DNA from: the human T2T-CHM13v2.0 reference genome, Homo sapiens
Length of the DNA stretch: 64,000 nt
Reading direction: 5' to 3' (one strand)
NCBI RefSeq assembly: GCF_009914755.1
Contig: NC_060934.1
The notes under the pieces were generated by a model, which saw only the letters and a program-made list of their open reading frames with translations, did no database searches and was not told where the DNA came from. The position numbers and the translations under genes are program-made. This document shows positions 58,663 through 64,000 of this stretch, piece after piece; the stretch's first letter is position 1, and every line of letters begins with the position of its first letter.

Positions 58663-59703
58663 TATATTGCTCTTCTTTCTCTAGTTTCTTAAGGTGAAAG
58701 CTTACATAATAGATTTTAGATCATTCTTTTCCAACATGTACTCAGTACTCTCCGTTTCCCTGTAAGCACTGCTCTTGTTGAATTCTACAAATTCTGATGA
58801 ATTGTATTTTCACTTTCATTTAGTTTGAAATATTTTTAAATTTCTCTTGAAACTTCGAGCCAAGTGTTATTTTAGAAATATGTCTGTTAATCTCCAAATA
58901 TTTTAGGATTTTTCAAGTATTTTCCTGTTACAAATTTCTAATTAAATACCATTGTGATCTAGGAACATACTTTGTATAATTTCTATTCTTTTACATTTGT
59001 TAAGGGGTGTTTTATGGCCTAGAATGTGCTCTATCTTGGTAAATGTTCTAGGAGTGTTTCAGAAAAATGTGTATTCTGCTATTGTTGACGTGTCCTATTA
59101 ATACCAATTAGATCCAGTGGACAGATGGTACAATTCAGTTCAACTATATTCTTACTGATTTTCTGCATGCTGAAACTGTCAATTACTGATCCAGGGTTGT
59201 TGAAGTCTCCAAGAGTAATAGTGAATTTGTCTATTTCTCTTTGCAGTTCTATCAATTTTTGCTTCACATATTTGATGCTCTGTTGTTAGGTACATATACA
59301 TTAAGGATTTTATTTTGCCTTCATTTATTCCTTCTCTGATGCTCTTCCTTTATATAGATCCAAGTTCATGACCTTGGATCATTTTCCTTCCCTCTGGAGA
59401 ACTTATTTTAATATTTTTTGCAACACAGGTTTATCACTGACAAATTTCCTTAGCTTTTGTTTAAGAAAATCTTTAAGTCTCCTTCACTTCTGAAAGGTAA
59501 TTCTTGTGGATACATTCTAGGTTGGTGTGATTTCTCTTTCAACATTGTAAATATTTCACTCCAGTCCCTTCTTGCTTGGTTTCTAATCAGAAATATAATT
59601 CTTTTCTTGTTCCTCTATAGCATGTATTTTTTCCTCTGGCTCCTTTCAATGACTCTTTGACTTTGGTTTTCCCATCTTGAATATAATATGCCTAGGTACA
59701 GAC

Positions 59704-59909
59704 TAAGCTTGTCCAACCTACAGCCTGCGGGCTGTATACGGCCCTGGACGGCTTTGAATGCAACCCAACACAAATTTGTAAACTTTCTTAAAACAGCATG
59801 AGGTTTTTTTTGCAATTTTTAAGCTCATCAGCCATTGTTAGCGTTACTGCATTTTATGTGTGGCCCAAGACAATTCTTCTTTTCCCAGGGTAGCCCAGGG
59901 GCACCCCTG
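59704..59909. mobile_element. MER30 (hAT-Charlie)
   Basis: 8-bp TSD GTACAGAC (59696-59703 / 59910-59917); ggctttgaatgcaacccaacacaaattt motif. Confidence 0.88.
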
Positions 59910-60688
59910 GTACAGACCTTTTAGTATTTATCTTGCTTGGTGTTCTCCAAGCTTCCTGCTCTAAGAACGGGTTTGGTGTCATTAATTTTGGATAATTCCC
60001 AACCATTATTTCTCACATATTTCTTCTACTCTCTTCTCTTTCTTCTACTTCTGGTATTACCATTATACATGTTATTACAAGTTTTATAACTGTCCAGCAG
60101 TTCTTGGATAGTCTACTTTTTCATCTCTATTTTCTTTGCTTTTCAGTTTTTATTAACAGTTCTTCAAGCTCATTTATTCTTTGGCCTGTCCAGTCTCCTG
60201 ATAAACCCATCAAAGGCATTCATTTGTCACATTGTTTTTTGACTTCTATCATTTCCTTTTATATCTTCCTTAGAGTTTCCATATCTCTGCTTACATTACC
60301 CATTCACTCTTGTATGCTATCTGCTTTTTCCATTAGAGCCCTTATATATCAATCATAGCTACCTTAAATTCCCTACTTGAGAATTACAAAATCTGCATCA
60401 TATGTAAGAATGGTTCTGATATTTCCTTTGTTTCTTGTTCTTTCTTGCCTTTTACCGTGCTTTGTAAATCTTTGTTGAAAGCCAGACATAATATATCTGG
60501 AAGAATATATAGAAACTGAGGTAATCAGGCTACTTGATTCATGTCAATCTGACTAGAAGTTAGGCTGTGTTTAATGTTTGCTGTAGTTATCAGTGTCAGA
60601 GGCTTCAATCTACTATTCTTGCTTTGAGTTTCCACATTGTCATTGTCTTTGGGTATCCCCAGAGACTCCTTTTAAATAAAATGTAGTC

Positions 60689-61275
60689 TGATAATAATTG
60701 GTCACAGCTGGCACTAGGGAAAGGCAGTCTCCTAATTAAAAAAAAAAACCCTGAAACTGGTGATCAACGGCTTGCCGATAAGATCTCAGGAGTTGGACAA
60801 GTGGGTTCAAGCATGTGCACTAAGAGGCAAAATGGCAGAGTTTAACTGGTATATGACCTTCTAAGAACATTTGATGGGTAAGAGAAGAATGCTTCAAGTG
60901 AGCATGCATACAACTCCAGTAAACACACTATGCATACAGCCCCGCCCTAGTGCTGGCACGCCACTGAGCATGCAGACAGCCCACCCTGAGGGAAGAATTA
61001 GCAAGAAATAATGCAACCCTGGAAGCATGTCAACATGTAAGACCCAAAATCAAAGGTCCAACCACGCACTTGATCTCTCAAGGCGCTTGCTTGGCCCTCT
61101 TCCAAGTGTACTTTTACTTCCTTTTGTTCCACCTCTAAAGCTTTTAAATAAATTTTTCCTTTTGCCCTAAAACTTGCCTTGGTCTCTCACTCTTCCTTAT
61201 GACCCTTGGTCGAATTCTTTCTTCTGACAAGAATTGAGGTTGCTGCAGCCCCCTGCAGATTCACTACCACTAACA
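60689..61275 (+). mobile_element. MER50-like ERV1 LTR (5' part missing)
   Basis: ataattggtcacagctggcactagggaaaggcagtctcc...aataaa...ccactaaca. Confidence 0.8.
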
Positions 61276-62193
61276 ACGGGAAGGCTAGAGGGGGCTGGAA
61301 TCTTCTAATTGCCCTTTCCCTAGAACAGATAAGGCTCTGGTAAAGTACTTTCCCTTGAGAGAAGGCTTTTGTTAGGGAAATGCTGAGGGCAGTTTTCAAA
61401 AAGGTTACTTTGCCCCCTCCTTCTGCACAAAGCAGGAGGGAGTTTTAATCCAATCCTTGTCCTAAGAATCTGCTGCAGCTCTGAAAAGTAAAACTCCCAA
61501 AAGTGTAAGGGCACCATATGAGTGGTCTCCCAGGAGTTTCTAACTGTCAAGCTAACTCACACTCAGCATCCAGCAAGTCATCAATGACCATTTTAAGTGT
61601 TCCTACCATTTGCTGCCTCATGAGGATTTCTGTTCCTAGCATGCTGATATCAGTTGTGATTTTCTGTATTTGCCTACCCAGTTTGGGGGTGGCCATTTGC
61701 TTTGTGACCTCCATTATCTGATGGATATTTTAAAGGCTGTTAATGTTCCATTTGTTCAGCTTTTTTCTTGTGAGGACAGTTGTGATTGACTTCTAAGTGG
61801 TTTACGTGTCACAGATGAAACCAGAAGTGTTAAAAAATAAGAAAAGAGCACACAAAAACAAAAGCTTTCTAGAATATTCAATATTTTGAGGGTAAAAGGT
61901 CCTGGGACTAAAGTGTTTGATTGCCACTATGCAAAGGCACTCTGTTAGCAACAGTAGATACATATATGATTCTACTCTAAATTCTACAAGTTATATATAA
62001 TAAACTTCTCTTTAAAACAGTCAAGCCAAAAAAATACATTGTGATATTGGTGGAAAGATTTCAAAGATATGCCTTATTCTTTATTTCAAGTGAAAAAATA
62101 AAAATAAAGCAAAAAATACCATTTGCCATTCACGACAAGAGTAATTTACATTAAAATTGAGGTCACCTAGGCACCAGCACAACACCCTGGCTT

Positions 62194-62791
62194 TGTAACC
62201 ATCTGAAGGGTTCTTCCTGCCTGCTACACAAAGATCATGGCATTGTAGTAAAGAAAGAGTTTAATAGACATAAGGCCAGCCACAATTCTCATCCAAAGCT
62301 TATAGGTTAGGGATTTTTCAGAGGCAGTTTGGGGGAAGTGGTGGAGGTCGCTAGGCTTGCTGCTGATTAGTTGGGGCAGAGATGAAATCACAAGGGGTGA
62401 AGCTGTCCTCTTGCACATTGAGTCACTTCTGGGTGGGGCTGTAGGAATGGTGGGTGTCAGACATGCAAAAAAACCCTGAAAAGATATCTCAAAAGGCCAG
62501 TCTACAATAGTGGTGTTATCTGCAGGAATAATTGGGGAAGTTGCATATCTTATAACCTTCTGAATAATAACTGATAATAGTTCATGTCTGCACCTTAGCA
62601 GGACCCAGGCTCCTCTCCTCCTGCCAGCCTGATGCAAAAGCAGTTGAGTTTGGGGGAAGGCCTATGATAATTTAAACTATAGCCTAAATGTCCCAAAAGC
62701 CCAAGAATAATCAAGGCAAGACTGGGGATGGATTAGCTCAGATCTCTTTCACTGTCATAATTTTCTCACTAACTTTTGCAAAGTTTTTTCA
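62194..62791 (-). mobile_element. Solo ERV1 LTR (LTR8-like)
   Basis: TG...CA termini; perfect 4-bp TSD GCTT. Confidence 0.8.
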
Positions 62792-63238
62792 GCTTTGAAA
62801 ATAAGATTGAATTTGCCAGTTTCACCTCTTTCTACTCCTGTTATACTGTGATAGAGTTCCCAAACAACCCCTATTGCTATCTCTATCAATTCCATACAAC
62901 AAACCTATACTCAATCTCTACTAGGCACAAAACAATTCCTATTTTCAACAACTGTACAGATGGTTGGGAAAACAAATGTGAGAATTATTTGGTAAAGCTC
63001 CATACCAGAAGAGAATTATAGTATCTAAAAACTCTAAGTGTAGCAGAGAGAAATTACTGACAAATTCTCTCACAGTGTGGAGGGCTGTGCTTGGCACTAA
63101 ATGATGAACAGGATTTTTCCTATCCAAAAGAAGGGGCATTCTAGGTAGAGGGAAAAGCATGTACAAAAGCTGGGGGGTCTAGGAGGCAGGCAGAAGTCAA
63201 GGATAAAGGGCTTTGTATGCCTGTTAAGAAGTAATGGT

Positions 63239-63534
63239 GGCCAGGTGCGGTGGCTCACGCTTGTAATCCCAGCACTTTTGGGAGCCGAGGCGGGCGGATC
63301 ACTTGAAGCCAGGAGTTTGAGACCAGCCTGGCCAACATGGCAAAACCCTGTCTCTCCTAAAAATACAAAAATTAGCTGGGCCTGGTGGTGCACGCCTGTA
63401 GTCCCAGCTACTCAGAAGGCTGAGGCAGGAGAATCGCTTGAACCCAAGAGGCGGAAGTTGCAGGAGCCGAGATCACACCACTGTACTCCAGCCTGGGTGA
63501 CAGACTGAAACTCCATCTCAAAAGAAAAAAAAAA
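63239..63534 (+). mobile_element. AluS
   Basis: Full-length Alu; TSD aagtaatggtg. Confidence 0.94.
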
Positions 63535-64000
63535 GTAATGGTGATGGTGATTCAGTCAGAAAGCATCAAGCATCAGGACAATTGATAAAAGATTAGAGGG
63601 CAGTGCAGAAAATGAAACGCAGGTGAGGAGATAATGACTATCAACCAGTAAAGAAACTCCTGGAATTGTTCCGATGAAAGCTAGTATTTCAAAACAGAGA
63701 GGCAGAGATGGAGAAAGACAGGGAAGTTTTTCTTTAAAAACCAAAAATAAAACAAGACTGGGTGATAATACTGAACATACGAGATTGAAAGAAAGGGGAG
63801 ACGACAAAATGCTGTAGGCTTTCTGCCTTATTTAAGGAAGTCAAAATCCAGCTTATAGTATTGATCTTGCTCATGAAGTTTCAGATAGGTAATTCTAAAA
63901 AGCCTATTTTCCTTTAGACTGTCCAATTATGATGACATGTATCAAAGTTAACTTATGACTACAATGGGCTGGGCATAAAGAACAGGAAGTCTGGTGTACA

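Overview
Primate genomic DNA, recognisable as the human chr10q26.13 DMBT1L1(DMBT1P1)-CUZD1-FAM24B interval; gene names are from recall of the protein sequences, not a database search. On the + strand (3.6-11.8 kb) are the last five exons of a DMBT1-like gene (group B SRCR, linker, ZP domain). It is annotated as a pseudogene, yet these exons splice into one uninterrupted reading frame. On the - strand are the complete 9-exon CUZD1 CDS (30831->17267, 607 aa) with a TATA box and a PTF1-like promoter element, and FAM24B (35503->34235, 94 aa) with a 142-nt 5'UTR exon; FAM24B's first exon is probably just beyond the window end. The rest is repeat-rich: Alus, L1PA2 and L1PA5-like 3' fragments, a near full-length L1PA4-like element nested in Tigger1 nested in old L1M, solo LTRs, MER2/MER5/MER30, L2 and MIR. 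The most notable observations are the intact 3' ORF of the 'pseudogene', a decayed FAM24 paralog inside FAM24B intron 1 with other relics of local duplication, a duplicated FAM24B splice donor, a uORF-laden FAM24B leader, and an L1 that lost its sense promoter but kept the antisense promoter and ORF0 start facing FAM24B/CUZD1. No wholly new gene family could be demonstrated.
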